Shown: positions 36,752-49,661, numbered from the stretch's first letter. The stretch: DNA of 64,000 nt from Octopus bimaculoides (GCF_001194135.2 NC_068998.1:31215078-31279077); one strand, 5' to 3'. Numbers and translations are program-made. Notes: generated by a model from the letters alone, not told the origin.

Positions 36752-37131
36752 NNNNNNNNNNNNNNNNNNNNNNNNNNNNNNNNNNNNNNNNNNNNNNNNN
36801 NNNNNNNNNNNNNNNNNNNNNNNNNNNNNNNNNNNNNNNNNNNNNNNNNNNTGGATGTACAAAGAAGTATGAAATCAAGTGAATAAGGTTAATTGAGCAC
36901 ATCGTATTGAAGATCGTAGGAAGTAATGTTTATGTTAAATTGAACTGAAAGTAATGTTTTAGTATATGTTTATAGATGTTATTGGTGTTCTAATTTGGGT
37001 TCAAAAATTAAGAGTGTTTAGATAACATATATCAAGCGAGATAAGTCTACCATATCTTTTTACATATAAAGGTATAATTAACATGTGTCTCTTGAATTAT
37101 TTGAGGAACTAATGTGTTACAAGTTGAGTTG

Positions 37132-37390
37132 TCTGCCCATTATGCAATACGGAACTGTTTTTCATTTTATTCTCGAAGAATAAACTGGTGAACACGTTCA
37201 TCGGGCAGAATTTTTTACTTTTGTCATATGGTATAGATATGGATAGAATTAGCCAGTCTAATTTAAATTAGACTGGCTAATTATATCCATATCTGTACCA
37301 TATGACAAAGGTAAAAAAATTCTGCCCATTATGCAATACGGAACTGTTCTTCATTTTATTCTCGAAGAATAAACTGGTGAACACGTTCAT
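37132..37390. repeat. 70-bp direct repeat enclosing a loop-less ~125-bp palindrome
   Basis: Direct repeats 37132-37201 and 37321-37390; palindrome 37203-37327 centred on TTT|AAA at 37264/37265. Confidence 0.9.
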
Positions 37391-37575
37391 TGAAAACTCA
37401 TACAGATGTAAACACTGGCAGCAACACATTTTCCTATACATATAGCACTGCTTTAATATCAATCACCACACAACTACCGTGTGTATATATACATGTGTGT
37501 ACACATTTATGTATATGTATGAAATTATGTATGTGTAGGTGTGTATATATATGTATGTATATATATATGTGTGTG

Positions 37576-37639
<64 letters not shown>

Positions 37640-38241
37640 CGTGTATGTGTATATATATATGATTATACACACTTATGTCAACACTACTTGTATAAATACA
37701 AGATTAACTCCCCATTATAAATAAAACATTCCTCTCCAATCTTTATCGAATTTAAATCATCTTATTATCTCCCAATTCTAAACTCTAAATTTCCTTTTTG
37801 CCTTCTTTTCTTCCCTTCTTGCCCAACGTACTGTCTAGTAGTGTTCCAACCTCCAACGGCTTTTTCAAATAAGTTACGTAGCAATCTTCTCTAACCACAG
37901 TTATCATATTTGGTTAAAATGTCTTATGGTTAAACTGGTCCGTATGTATTTCCATGAAGAGAAGATTACATCCTTATCAACATCACCTATTCCTATGGGA
38001 GGTATAATTTGTAATCTTGGAAACATATGTTGGAAATAAAAGAATTCATTTAACATATGCGTTTTACTCCATTTACTAAATTTATATATTTACTCAACCA
38101 CCCAAAATAACAAGGAGTTTCTACCTCATAAACAGGAGTTACACTACAGTCATTTTGTGATCTTTGCTACCCTGGTATCCATTAAGCAATTTATTTTCTC
38201 CGGGTTAATTATTAACTTAGAGAAAATAAATACATATAATA

Positions 38242-38275
<34 letters not shown>

Positions 38276-38570
38276 ATGTATAAAAAATTCAAAATGGGAC
38301 AAAAACGCAAAACATCAACACAGGTGATACAAAAAAGGGGACAACAAAACATCCAGATAGACGATACAAAGAAAACAAGGATGGGTCACTCAGAGTTTTC
38401 TTTCCTCAGTCGAGTTCCAGATTATCTTTGCAATTTCGGCTGGTTATACTTGAGATTACTCCAATCAGACCAGCCCCAAGGAAAAAAACTAAGCTAAGAG
38501 CATTAGATTCCTTGGAAGAAAGCAGTGAATGTATACGAAAACATCCTTACATTCTTTTATATTTTCTCAG

Positions 38571-38710
38571 GCATGGTAACAAGGAGGTGTTTTCTTGCAA
38601 AGGGATTAAGTATGCTGTTGATTATTTCAAAAAAAGAGGACATAAGAAAATTGTGGTTTTTGTGCCACATTGGCGCAAAGAGGCTTCACGAAAAGATGCA
38701 CCAATCATTG
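38571..38710 (+). CDS. ZC3H12: Regnase/MCPIP1-family RNase, NYN/PIN domain exon
   Basis: TTCTCAG|GCATGG...CATTG|GTGAGT; [37 protein letters not shown]. Confidence 0.95.
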
Positions 38711-39013
38711 GTGAGTGTTCTACTGTGGTTTTGTATCCAGTTGTTTACCACTTCCATATCCCATCAGCCATACATCAGTGCTCACTATATCTGTACCCAT
38801 AACTTCCCTTCATCTTTCACTCTCTCTCTTTTACTCTGTTCTGTTGATATTATCAATCCACACATCACTGTGTGATTGTGTGTATCTGTATTGCTACATA
38901 TGTGTGTGTAGATGCCTGTATTGATGTATGTGGGTGTATATGTGTATATTGTTAGTGTGCATTTCAGTTACTTCTATTTCATTTACTTATTATCTTTTTC
39001 ATTTTTATCCCAG

Positions 39014-39248
39014 ATCAAGAAATTCTCACTGAACTGGAGAAGGAAAGAATTTTGATATTTACCCCAGCTCGAATGATCAAAGGAAAAAGAGTGGCTTGCT
39101 ATGATGACCGCTACATTCTAAAAGTAGCTGATGAGAATAACGGCATTGTTGTCTCCAATGATAATTATCGTGACCTGCTTAATGAGAACAATGGCTTCAA
39201 GAAGGTTGTAGAAGAACGCTTGCTCATGTATTCTTTTGTTGAGGACAA
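39014..39248 (+). CDS. ZC3H12: Regnase NYN domain exon
   Basis: CCCAG|ATCAAG...GACAA|GTAAGT; [25 protein letters not shown]...[12 protein letters not shown]...[12 protein letters not shown]. Confidence 0.96.
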
Positions 39249-39622
39249 GTAAGTAGATGAATCCTTGGTTTAAACACACACTAAGCATATTCTCATCATG
39301 TGTATGTGTGCATATGTTTATGCATGTTATATAAGCAAACTTACCACTGAGACTAAGATAACTTTTACTACTTATTGTAGCTAAGGTGTTACTAAAAAGA
39401 TATTGTTAGAAAGTAGATCATGTCCATCTTAGAGAATGTAGATATGAAATCTTAAGGATATCATGTCTAATGTTAGACTGAACAAATAAAACAACATTAT
39501 TGAATTCCCAATGAAGTAATACTCAATCGATAATTTTACTTTCACTTTTAATTCCAATGTAGGTGCACTCATATTCACACACATACCTATATTTTATGTC
39601 TATTCTTTTGTGTTTATTTCAG

Positions 39623-39852
39623 ATTCATGCCACCTGATGACCCACTTGGACGCCATGGTCCTAGCTTGGATAATTTTCTACGGAAGACACCAACTGCTCC
39701 AGAAACATTACCACCAAACTGTCCATATGGCAAAAAGTGCACATATGGTAACAAATGCAAGTTTTACCATCCAGAACGTGGCAATATGCCACACAAGACT
39801 GTGACAGAGAAATTAGCTGAACAATACAAGCAGCAGGAGAAAGTTTTGGAAG
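39623..39852 (+). CDS. ZC3H12: Regnase exon with CCCH zinc finger
   Basis: TTTCAG|ATTCATG; [19 protein letters not shown]...[19 protein letters not shown]. The 3' boundary (GAAG|GTTCAC) is inferred from phase compatibility with the next exon. Confidence 0.9.
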
Positions 39853-40162
39853 GTTCACAAATTTTCTTTTTATTTTTAATTTAAATTTGGTACCTCTGTG
39901 TGTGTTTCTAAATGTGCTTTTTGTGTGAGTGTGTCTTGATACATGTACTATGGGATGTCATAAGTAGCTTTCTACAAATATGTATGTATATTCTGTCTAG
40001 AATAAGCCCATGAATATACAAAATGTTCACACATAATAATTTGTCAAGAGTCAGTTTGCAGTAGTGATAGTTACAACTTAATTTGAAATAATTATTATAT
40101 TAACTGAATATTTAACATATTAGCTATTGATTTATTAATTTTTTTTTTTTCATCTTCTTCAG

Positions 40163-41391
40163 CTGAGAAAAACAAGATGCAGCTAAAAAGTAAAGGGAAA
40201 AGCCCTCTTTCAAGAAGTAAATCACGCTATGCTGATGGTGGGGATGTACCACAATTATCTGCTGAAGAACAGGAAGAGAAACAACGTCTAGCTAAAGAAT
40301 ACAATGAGAAACTGGATAGATCCAGAAGAGAGATTACACGTTTCACTGAACAGACTGAAGCTAAAGAGAAAGCTGCTGCAAACAAAAATATTTCAGAAGT
40401 TCATTTGTCACAGCACTCACTTTCTAACTTGGATTCTGGTAACCAAGGTAACAAAGCAGTTCATTTTGAAATGTTCAACAGCCCATCATTGGACAAATTT
40501 AATAAGTCAACAAAACATCAACAAGAATTTTCAACTTGTGATCATTTAGACATAAACAGAGCACATAGCCTTCCAGCTCAAATTCAAAGTGAAAACTTTG
40601 TCTCTGGCCATTTACAATTAGCCAAAAGCTTATCTGGTGAGGAAATTGAGGCAAAGAAAAAGACCCAAAACTCTCCACAGTCTAGTCCTCAACATCCACC
40701 ATTGTGCCGACAGTCATCAGTTTATGTTGATACAGAACATCATATCAAAGCAAACCCTAGTATGACGCACAAACTTCCTACATGTAACCAGTTTGTCCAG
40801 GACATGTTACCTAATCTCTTTCAAAATCACCAAGGAGACTGCATTTTCATACCTGATACAATGTCACCATCTTACTCCTACACTGGTTGTGAAAGCTTTA
40901 GTTTCCCTTCTACATCATATCCCTATGGAGTTTCAGACAAGATGATTCTTGGCCAAGCCTTCACACCAAGTGTTACTCGACAGATTAGTCTGCCAAACAC
41001 TCGGGGACAAGAACGTTACTCACCTTCATATCAAGTTCAAGTACCTGACAAAGGACAGCAAGGGTTTTATGAGACAATTCCAAGCTCTCCAAGCTGTTTG
41101 TCTCCAGCGTATTCATGCTCAGTGACAAGCAATAACAATGTATCATTCCCATCATTTATAATGCCACAACAGTTGAAAGTGCTACCTCCTGCCAGACGTT
41201 TTTACTCACCTTCATGTTACACCCCCACTCAACAACAAAGCTTACCACAGCAACATATGCAACAGCAACAACAAAATCCTGTAATGTCCCCTGTGATGTC
41301 TACAGCTTCATGGCCGCTTGATAACACAAGCTACTCTGATATGTTGGTTCATCCAACTATGGGCCAAATTCATCCCAGGTACAGCAAATGA
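40163..41391 (+). CDS. ZC3H12: Regnase large C-terminal low-complexity exon (may instead end at a donor at 41378)
   Basis: TTCTTCAG|CTGAGA, in frame with the 404-aa S/P/Q-rich ORF 40177-41391. A possible donor CCCAG|GTACAG lies 13 nt before the stop. Confidence 0.8.
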
Positions 41392-41867
41392 GTATCTAAT
41401 ATAACAGCATTCAGTTAAATTCCTAAGGATTGTAACTGCTAAAAATAATGAATTGTAAATTCACATAACTTGCTCAAGCTTCCATAATGTATACACTGTC
41501 CAGTTCTGGAATTAAAATTGTAGCCAATTCTTTTGGCAAATCTCTTTTATATGATACTAACTGTAAATGTTTTCTTACTGTGTGGAATTTTTATATTTCT
41601 CTTTCAATCCCTGTTTTGAACAATTTGTTACATAGTGAACACTTTTACTTTGATGAACAAGCATGTTATTAGTATGTGCAGGGAGGATGTATAAATATAT
41701 CTGTGTTTACATGTAAATGCACTCTCTCACAGACATCATTTGTTGATAAGATTAGACCATCAACTGTGAAGGTCAAATCTTACATTATTTGTGAGTATTA
41801 TATATATGTATTTCATTTCCATTGCTCATTTCATTTGAGGACCACATATCAGAGTGTATTAGTGAGA

Positions 41868-42200
41868 GAACAGTAGTTGAGAGTTTATAAGAAGCAATGG
41901 AGAAAACTTTGCTTGGTTTTCAGAATTATCTTTATCTTTTACTTGTTTCAGTCATTAGACTGCAACCATGCTGGGACACTGCCTTGAAGAATTTTTTAGT
42001 CAAGTAAATTCACCCCAGTTCTTATTTTTTTTAAAGCTTGATACTTATTCTATTGATCTCTTTTACTGAGCCAATAAGTTATTGAGATGTAAACACACCA
42101 ACACCAGTTGTCAAGTGATGGTGGGAGACAACACAGGATACAAAGATACACACACATACATATTCTGCATATTACTATGTTTACCTCTGACTCATCCTAA
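41868..42200 (+). mobile_element. Degenerate SINE body
   Basis: ...GACTGCAACCATGCTGGGACACTGCCTTGAAG...TGATACTTATTCTATTGATCTC...GAGATGTAAACACACCAACACC. Confidence 0.5.
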
Positions 42201-42769
42201 TCTTAATTTGTGTAACCATAGGTCTTCTATTTATAATCTTTTTTCCCTGATTTCTCTGCTTTCCCTCTGTCACTTTATTTCTGTCATGGCTCTGAAAGGT
42301 GCAGTTTTTCTGTCCTTTCTTATTCACAATGCGGTCACCCATTCCTGCTGTGACCACCTATGCTGGAAATTTCTCCTCTGTACCAGAAAGCTCTCGTAGC
42401 TCTGCTCTCACCACCAGTACTGGATGTCTCTCCTCTCTACCAGAAAGTTCTCATGACTTCCTCTATCAGTAGTCTCATCCACATTATTGCATGCATCAAA
42501 ATGAGACTGCATTACTTGATAGTCAATTAACAAACTACCTATTTCCTTTCTCTCTACTTATAATGAATGAACCAATTAGCTGTTTTATTTATTTTAATTA
42601 TTTATCTATTTATGTTTGCATCAATAGTGCTTATATTAACAATGCTTGTATTACACTCAGTTCCAATAGAGGCAGCAATTTTTACATGAATGAGTGATGA
42701 TAGATTAATGCGAGGACAACTAATATGACATGTCTTTGGTAATGTTCATGGAAACCTCCTTTTCAGATG

Positions 42770-45500
42770 CTGACTGTCATCTCCCCTTCCCATTATCCCC
42801 CCTTCATCTCTTTTCACTTCCTCAGAGTTGACATTGTCAATGTAGGCACATTGAAATGTAGGTCTGGCGAGATTGTTGAGATGCTTGAATAGAAACGTGT
42901 TGATGCATGTTGCATTCTAGAAATAAGGTGGAGGGAAGCTTCAGCCAGGTTCCTCATAGGCAAGAAACATAGGTATAAAATTTTGTGGGTAGGTAACAGT
43001 GATGAAGTAGGTGGTATGGGCATACTTCTTGCTGAGAAATGGGTTAAGATCATTGAGATAATCAGAGTGAGTGCTAGAGTACTTAAATCTAGGCTAGTTT
43101 TGCAGAGTAGTGCAACAATTATCTCTGCCTGTGCCCCCCAACTGGGTCTGCCAAATGAACAAAAGGACTGCTTTTATTATATTCTTCTGCAAGCTACCTC
43201 AAAGACATATGACAGTAACCTCATCTTCATGGCTGGTGATTTCAATGGACAAGTTGGGCAGCACCCAGGTATCCACCATGAGATTTACAGGGCCATGGAA
43301 TTGGTTGTCAAAATGAGGAGGGAACAAGGGTACTGGAGTTCTGTGATGTGAATAACCTGCAACACCAACTTCAAAAAGCCACCATGCTAGCTAGATTGAT
43401 TATATTCTCACCTGAAAGCGAAGTACATGGTTGCTCATAAGTGCAAAGGCCTTTCCTGGGGAAGAATATACCAACCCCATCAGCATAGATTAGTCATGAA
43501 CGACTAGACTTCAGACTAGGCTAGAAGGATTCTAAGACGCAGATCAATCTGGAAAAGAGGGATTTGGAAGCTTAAGGATCCTTTAAATGGTCAGAGATTT
43601 AGGGACACTCTAATTGAGAAATTTAGTGAGAAGGAGGAGGAACTACAGACTTGTAACATAGAGAGCAACTGAAAGTTCCTGAGTGCCACAGACCAAATGT
43701 GTGGCTGGTGCGAAGTCCCAACCAGACCTAGGGTGACGTGGTGGAATAATATTGAAGACAAGGCCATTAGAGCAAAGAAACAAATCTGGAAGGACTGAAA
43801 GAATGATGGTAGCAGAGAACTATATCTCTGTAGCTAGGTGGGAGGCTAGAAGACAGGTTTACTTAGCTAGGGGAGAAGCAGAAAGGAAGTTTGTCAATGT
43901 TCTATGATATGAGGACCAAAAGCTTCAAGTGTTTCGGATTGCATGACAGTGTGTTTGCATGGATGATGGCTCACTTGCAGTTGGTGATTCTGCAAAGAAG
44001 GAGGCTTGGAAGTGCCACTTTGAAAGGTTGCTAAATGTAGAGAATGCATGAGAGAAGAGGCCTAACAGAAGGTCACCTGAATCAACAGTATCTTAGATAA
44101 GCAATTAAGGATATGAAGAGAGGGAAAGCCCCCAGCCCATGAGGAATCACCACTTACATACTTAAGATATCTGGCAGAGCAGCATTATAGTTAACTGCTA
44201 CAAAGGCAAAAGTGATGCCCTATACAGAAGCATCAGATTGCTGGACCAGGTGCTCATAGTTGTAGAAATGGTTATAGATCAATTAATTAGGAAGAGAGTT
44301 AGCATAGATGCAGGAGAAATACTTGGCCAAAAAATAACGCTCTTGTATCTATTTGTTGACATAGAGAAAGCTTTTGACAGGGTTACATACTTCCTTATTT
44401 GATGGACAATGTGGAAGCTGAGGATAGATGAGTAGTTGGTGAGAACTGTCCAGGCCATGTACAGAGATGCTGTCAGAAAAGGTGTCAAGAGAAACTCCAT
44501 ACGGTGTACCCAGTGCAAGTTATGGACACATAAGAGGTGCAGTGGTATCGCGAGATGACTAACAGAAAAAGTAGTCTTTATATGCAAGTACATTAAACAC
44601 CAGGAATGTATAAAAAGTAGACTCCCTCAAATGTCAGGGGGGATCCTTAGAAGTAGTAGGCAGTTTCTGTTACTTAGGTGACCAAATTAGTAGTGGTGGG
44701 GGTTGTTCTGAAAGCATAGCTGTTAGAATAAGAATAAGCTGGGCAAAGTTCAGAGAGCTACTACTTCTGTTAGTAATGAAGAGCCTCTCCCTTAGAGTGA
44801 AAGGCAGAGTGTATGACTGTGTATGAACCGCTATGCTACATGGCTGTGAGACTGAAAATATGCAAAAGTTTCAAAGAAATGAAGCCAGTATGCTCCACTT
44901 GATGGGCAATGTCAGTGCGCATATATGACAGTGTAACTGATTTGAGAGAAAAACTGGGAAGACAAGGCATCAAACGCAGTGTGCAAGAGAGAAGGCTGCA
45001 CTGGTACTGTCATTTAATGTGTATGAATGAAGAAAGTTGCATCAAGAGGTGCTAATCTCTAATTGTAGAGGGAACATGTAGAAGGGGTAGCCCCAGGAAG
45101 ACGTTGGATGAAGTGATGAGAAAGGATCTACAGACATTGGGACTCACAGTGGGGATGACAGGGGACCAAGATTCTTGGCAGTTTGCTGTGCTTGAGAAGA
45201 CATGTCAAGCTAAGTAAGTGTGGATGTCCTTGCATACAAGCATGTCCCCTGCTTCCCTCTCCTAGTGAGCATTCTTAATCTTGTGGGCTTATGGGTTCTG
45301 GTGCCACATAAACACACCTGTGCAAGTGTTGCATGGCAGTACCCAATATACTGTAAAGTGGCTGGCGTTAGGAAGGGCATCCAGTTGTAGAAACCATGCT
45401 GAAACAGACGGGGAGCTTGGGCAGCTCTTCAGCTGACCAGCTCTTGTTAAACCAACCAACCTATGCCAGCATGGAAAACTGACATTAAATGATGATCATC
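42770..45500 (+). mobile_element. RTE-clade LINE, near full-length but heavily degenerate
   Basis: APE endonuclease (TLNVGTL, GMGILLAEKW, MAGDFNGQVG), RT remnants (FVDIEKAFDRV) and a 3' tail ending TAAATGATGAT. Confidence 0.8.
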
Positions 45501-47989
45501 CTCATATATATATGACAGGCTTCTTTCGGTTTCTGTGTACCAAATCCACTCACAGGGCTTTGGTCAGCCTGAGGATATAGTAGACACTTACCCAGGTACC
45601 ATACAGTGAGACTGAACATGGAACCATATTTTTGGGAAGCAAGCTTGTTATCACACAGCCATGTCTGCATCTGTCATTTGTTCAATTATATTGGACAAGT
45701 TACACATTGATGTAAAACATTTGTGAAACACAATACATTCTGTTAAAGTTTGTCTGAGGCTAGAGTTTTTATAATAATTATTGATTATATTTTTGAAAAT
45801 GCACAACAGCCATCCTGTTTGGTGGAGAGGATTAGTTGAGCAGATCAACTGGGGCTATTTTATTAATCACACAAGAAAAAGAATATGTCATCTACAGGAG
45901 TATACAAATACAGAATCAAGACAAATTAATTAGGAAAGTAATTTGCTTTTGTAATTATTAACAACCTCAATGGCTGGATGATGTATTTTTCTTGGGTGTT
46001 TTCTTTGTTTTTCTTCAATCTGCCATCAGAAAATGTAAAGCATATATTTTGATTCTTAGATCAAAACAATCACATATCAATATGTGTGTGCGTCTTCTCA
46101 ATTACAAGACAGATAATATTCCAGTTGTTCAATCAATATAATTGCCTTCTATTGAATTATAATGTAGCAGAATATTCTATTTGTATCTTACATTTTATAT
46201 ATAATACTGAGGTGGTTATATGTGACAGGTTTAATATTGAATACTTAAAACATACATAAAATAAGTGAGTTCTTGTATATAATGTATATATGGTGTATAT
46301 GTGTATGCGTGCAAGTGCACACACACACACACACTTGTCCACCCACCCAAATATGTTCACTTCCTAACTATGCAGTTTCAGTTCCAATCTCATTATACAA
46401 ATCTTTAGGCAAGGAGACTTCTATTATAGCTTCAGATCATTCAACACTGTGTTGAAACTTGTTGGAAACTTGAAGAAAGCCTGCTGTATACATGCGGGTG
46501 TTTGTATAAATTTTAATTCAGTACGTTGTCATTTGCAACTTGTGAATAAAAAAGTTTACTTACTCCAGTAAACAAATACTCTGTAGTTCAGTAGATTGGT
46601 GGAAAGAAAACTAACTTTGAAAACAAGTAAGAGATGGCAACAGGATGACTATCTGGCTGAAGAAGATTTGCCTCAATGAAAGATTTGCATTCCAGCATGG
46701 GAAAATGATTGTAAAAATAACGATTATGACATATAGATCTGTGTATTTACGACTGTGTATGCCTATGTGTGTGTGTGTGTGAATTCATTTGTTTTGACAT
46801 CTGTTTTTCCATGTTAGCATAAGTTACACAAATATACTATTGAAGCATTGATTTACTGGTTAATGCCCTCCCTGTCACTAACACTTCAAGTAAGGGATCA
46901 CATATTTCACACATTTTTGAAGGTGCAAAACCAGGAGATGATTTATTGATAGACAAAATGATTACATCACTGTTTGTAGTAAGTAGTTTTCAGAGAAGTG
47001 CAAATGTAATCAGACACAGAGGCATGCAGTTACACATACACAGGATCATGCACACACAATTACAATGAGAGAAGGAGAGAGTCTCCATCCACCAAATCCA
47101 CTCACAAGGCTTTAGATAGAGGCTGTATTAGAAGACACTTACAGAGTGTTGTGGAACCTGAAACAACGTGGTTAGAAGATGAATTTTTCAAGCATGTGTA
47201 TGTGTAGTAGGAATATTGGCAGAGTCCCAAACACCACCTTACTGCCTAAGAATTGGTCCTAAAATCACTGTTTAGACATGAAAGTAATTGCAAACACCAA
47301 ACCAGGTGTGCCCAGGGATGGATGATGTTGGCAAGCAACAAACCATTTGAGTCCCTGGTAAACACACTCAGAACTTGTTTTTATCTGTAGCTTAGCTAAC
47401 CTTCAAAGTTGTAGTAATAACCTAACCATTTCTGAGTATACAACATATTGGAATATCAATAAAATAATTTTGTTTTTGGTGCCATTTCTTTGACAGATCA
47501 TTGGGTATATATAGATGATTTGTTTGAGTATATGTAGATGATTTGTCAGACCATTGGGTAAATGTAGATGGTTTGTCTGATGGGTATATGTAGCTGTATT
47601 AACTAGAGGTCTTAACACAGTGAAAGCTTATGTGCGGGAACATACACCATTCACTTCAGCTATGATATTTGATGACTTCAACAACATATTATCATTTCTG
47701 ACATATACATTTTGCATGGACATACTGAGACTAACTCACCAGGTGTAAATATTTTCTGATGTTTATCACAATGACAAAATTTTTTTCTAATGATTAATAA
47801 ATATTTTTGTGCTTGAACTTCACTGATTTTTGTTCTTCTATAAACCAAACAAATATTTTTCATTATACTGGTGACATCTTTGTCATTACATATAAATATG
47901 TATTGTAATTATGCCTATATATATATATATACACACACACACACATGTAAATATGTGTGTTATGAATATTATATCTCTATATATATATG

Positions 47990-48820
47990 TATGGTCTGAT
48001 CAATAAATATCCAGACTGTTGCTAAAGCATGCAGAGTGAACCCACTTGGCACAGATTCACCTAGGACTGTGCTGTGCAGTGCACTAAGTTTTAACACTCT
48101 AGCTCACTCCCCTGTTTACAGCAGTGCTTGGAAGGAAGGTGTGCAGCGTGTGATTGTTGCACTGAATATGACAGAAAGTCAAGCAGAGAATCTGCATCAA
48201 ATTTTGCCAAAAGCTTGGTGATACTTGCTCAGAGGCCTACACAAAGTTTTCATTGTTCCTGAAACAATCAAGGAAATCTTGTACAACTGTAACCTGAGTG
48301 TCTTTTCAGTCAGCTGAAAGCAGTTTTGGCACAAACTTGGCAGACACGCGTCTCATACCCAAATCTGCAGTGAACTGATCTGTAACTAATCTGCACATCT
48401 TCTCATAGATCATGGATGGTGATGCAATGATTTCTCCTCTCAGCTGCATGCACATCTGCAATGTTTTTCTCAGTTCGCCTAGTTGCAGGTCTCCCAGAAC
48501 GTTCGTCAATATTGACATTTTTTCAGCCATCTTGGAAACATTTGAACTACTCATACACTTATGTGTGGCTCATATATTCATATCCATACACTTTCTGAAA
48601 CTTTGCACAGGCCTCTGAGCAGGTATCACCATGACCACTTTCTCTGTCAAGATCAATGCAATAATCACGTGACACACAGCTTCCTTCCACTGTAAACAGT
48701 GGAAGTGAGCTAGAATGTGCATGTGTACAGCAGAGTTCAAGGTCAATCTTTGTTTCATTCTGTGTGCTATAGCTTCATTACTTAGGCAACAGTCTGGATG
48801 CTTATTGATTAGAGCTCATA
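47990..48820. mobile_element. Mariner derivative made of two inverted 5' halves
   Basis: TIRs GGTCTGATCAATAAATATCCAGACTGTTGC and GCAACAGTCTGGATGCTTATTGATTAGAGC. Transposase N-terminal sequence (GGTGATACTTGCTCAGAGGCC) appears on both + (~48220) and - (~48630) strands. Confidence 0.75.
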
Positions 48821-48939
48821 TATATGTGTCTGCGCATATATATATGTATATATACATATATATATGTACCTAATATATATATATATTTATTTATTTATTT
48901 AATTTATGGGTTTCAGCCAAGTGGCTATGGTCATGCTGG

Positions 48940-49373
48940 AGCACCACTGTGACTTTCCATCTTTATGCTGTGCTCTCTTCACGTTCCTTGCATAGCTCTT
49001 CTCCTCCACTTGATATAGTCCGATCAAGAGTTTTGATGGCACATCTGGTGTATAAGAGAATTTGACATCGCTGCCCTAAACTGTGTCTCATTTCGAGCCA
49101 TTGGTTCATCTGGTATCGTGGAGAGGAAAGTGTCGAGTTTTGTCTTGAAGACCTCCACATCCGTGTCTTGCAGGTCTCTCAAATGTTTAGGCACGGCATT
49201 GAAGAGCTGAGGTCCTCTGAAACCGAGGCTGTTGCAGTATCTCGNNNNNNNNNNNNNNNNNNNNNNNNNNNNNNNNNNNNNNNNNNNNNNNNNNNNNNNN
49301 NNNNNNNNNNNNNNNNNNNNNNNNNNNNNNNNNNNNNNNNNNNNACATATTTTGCACGGGAATTTGGCAACGC
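48940..49373 (-). mobile_element. CR1-type LINE 3' end (spans an N gap)
   Basis: NSLGFRGPQLFNAVPKHLRDL...FKTKLDTFLSTIPDEP. Confidence 0.75.
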
Positions 49374-49661
49374 CACTTCTAGCCAAACAATTATTCTGTA
49401 GTGATGAAGGAACATAACTCAGAAAGCGCTATACACAAATATTGTATTGGGCTGGGTGGTGGTGCTAGATTCCCTTGTTTGAATATATAAGGATACAGAT
49501 TGCTTTGTATAGCCAGCTGGGGATGATGTATTCCGGGGCTAAAATTGCAGCAATATTCGTCCTGGACAAGGACTGCCATCTTATATTGGCAAAAATCTTT
49601 ACTCGAAAGTACTGTAGCTGAATATCTCTCATTGTGAAATCTAAAAGTACTAATTTTCTAA
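49374..49661 (+). repeat. ~280-bp repeat unit, upstream copy, with degenerate hammerhead motif
   Basis: Aligns along its length with 55014-55287 (e.g. CTAGATTCCCTTGTT, ATAGCCAGCTGGGGA, AAAAATCTTTACTC, GCTGAATATCTCTC). Core reads GTGATGA...AGAAAGCGCTATACAC. Confidence 0.85.

Noticed and set aside
36915-36945. GGAAGTAATGTT (GSNV) as the missing Regnase DGSNV exon
   Set aside because: The preceding codon is Val rather than Asp, the following residues do not match, and no suitable splice sites or open frame are present.
38290-38540. Repeat-like segment directly upstream of the Regnase acceptor, with GGCTGGT...ACCAGCC-GAAA on the - strand
   Set aside because: The CUGANGA box is missing, so a ribozyme cannot be supported; probably a decayed pLTR fragment, family not assignable.
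47490-47600. Three or four ~30-bp imperfect tandem repeats (CATTGGGTATAT.TAGATG.TTTGT)
   Set aside because: A short degenerate minisatellite without unique spacers; not CRISPR-like and no coding support.
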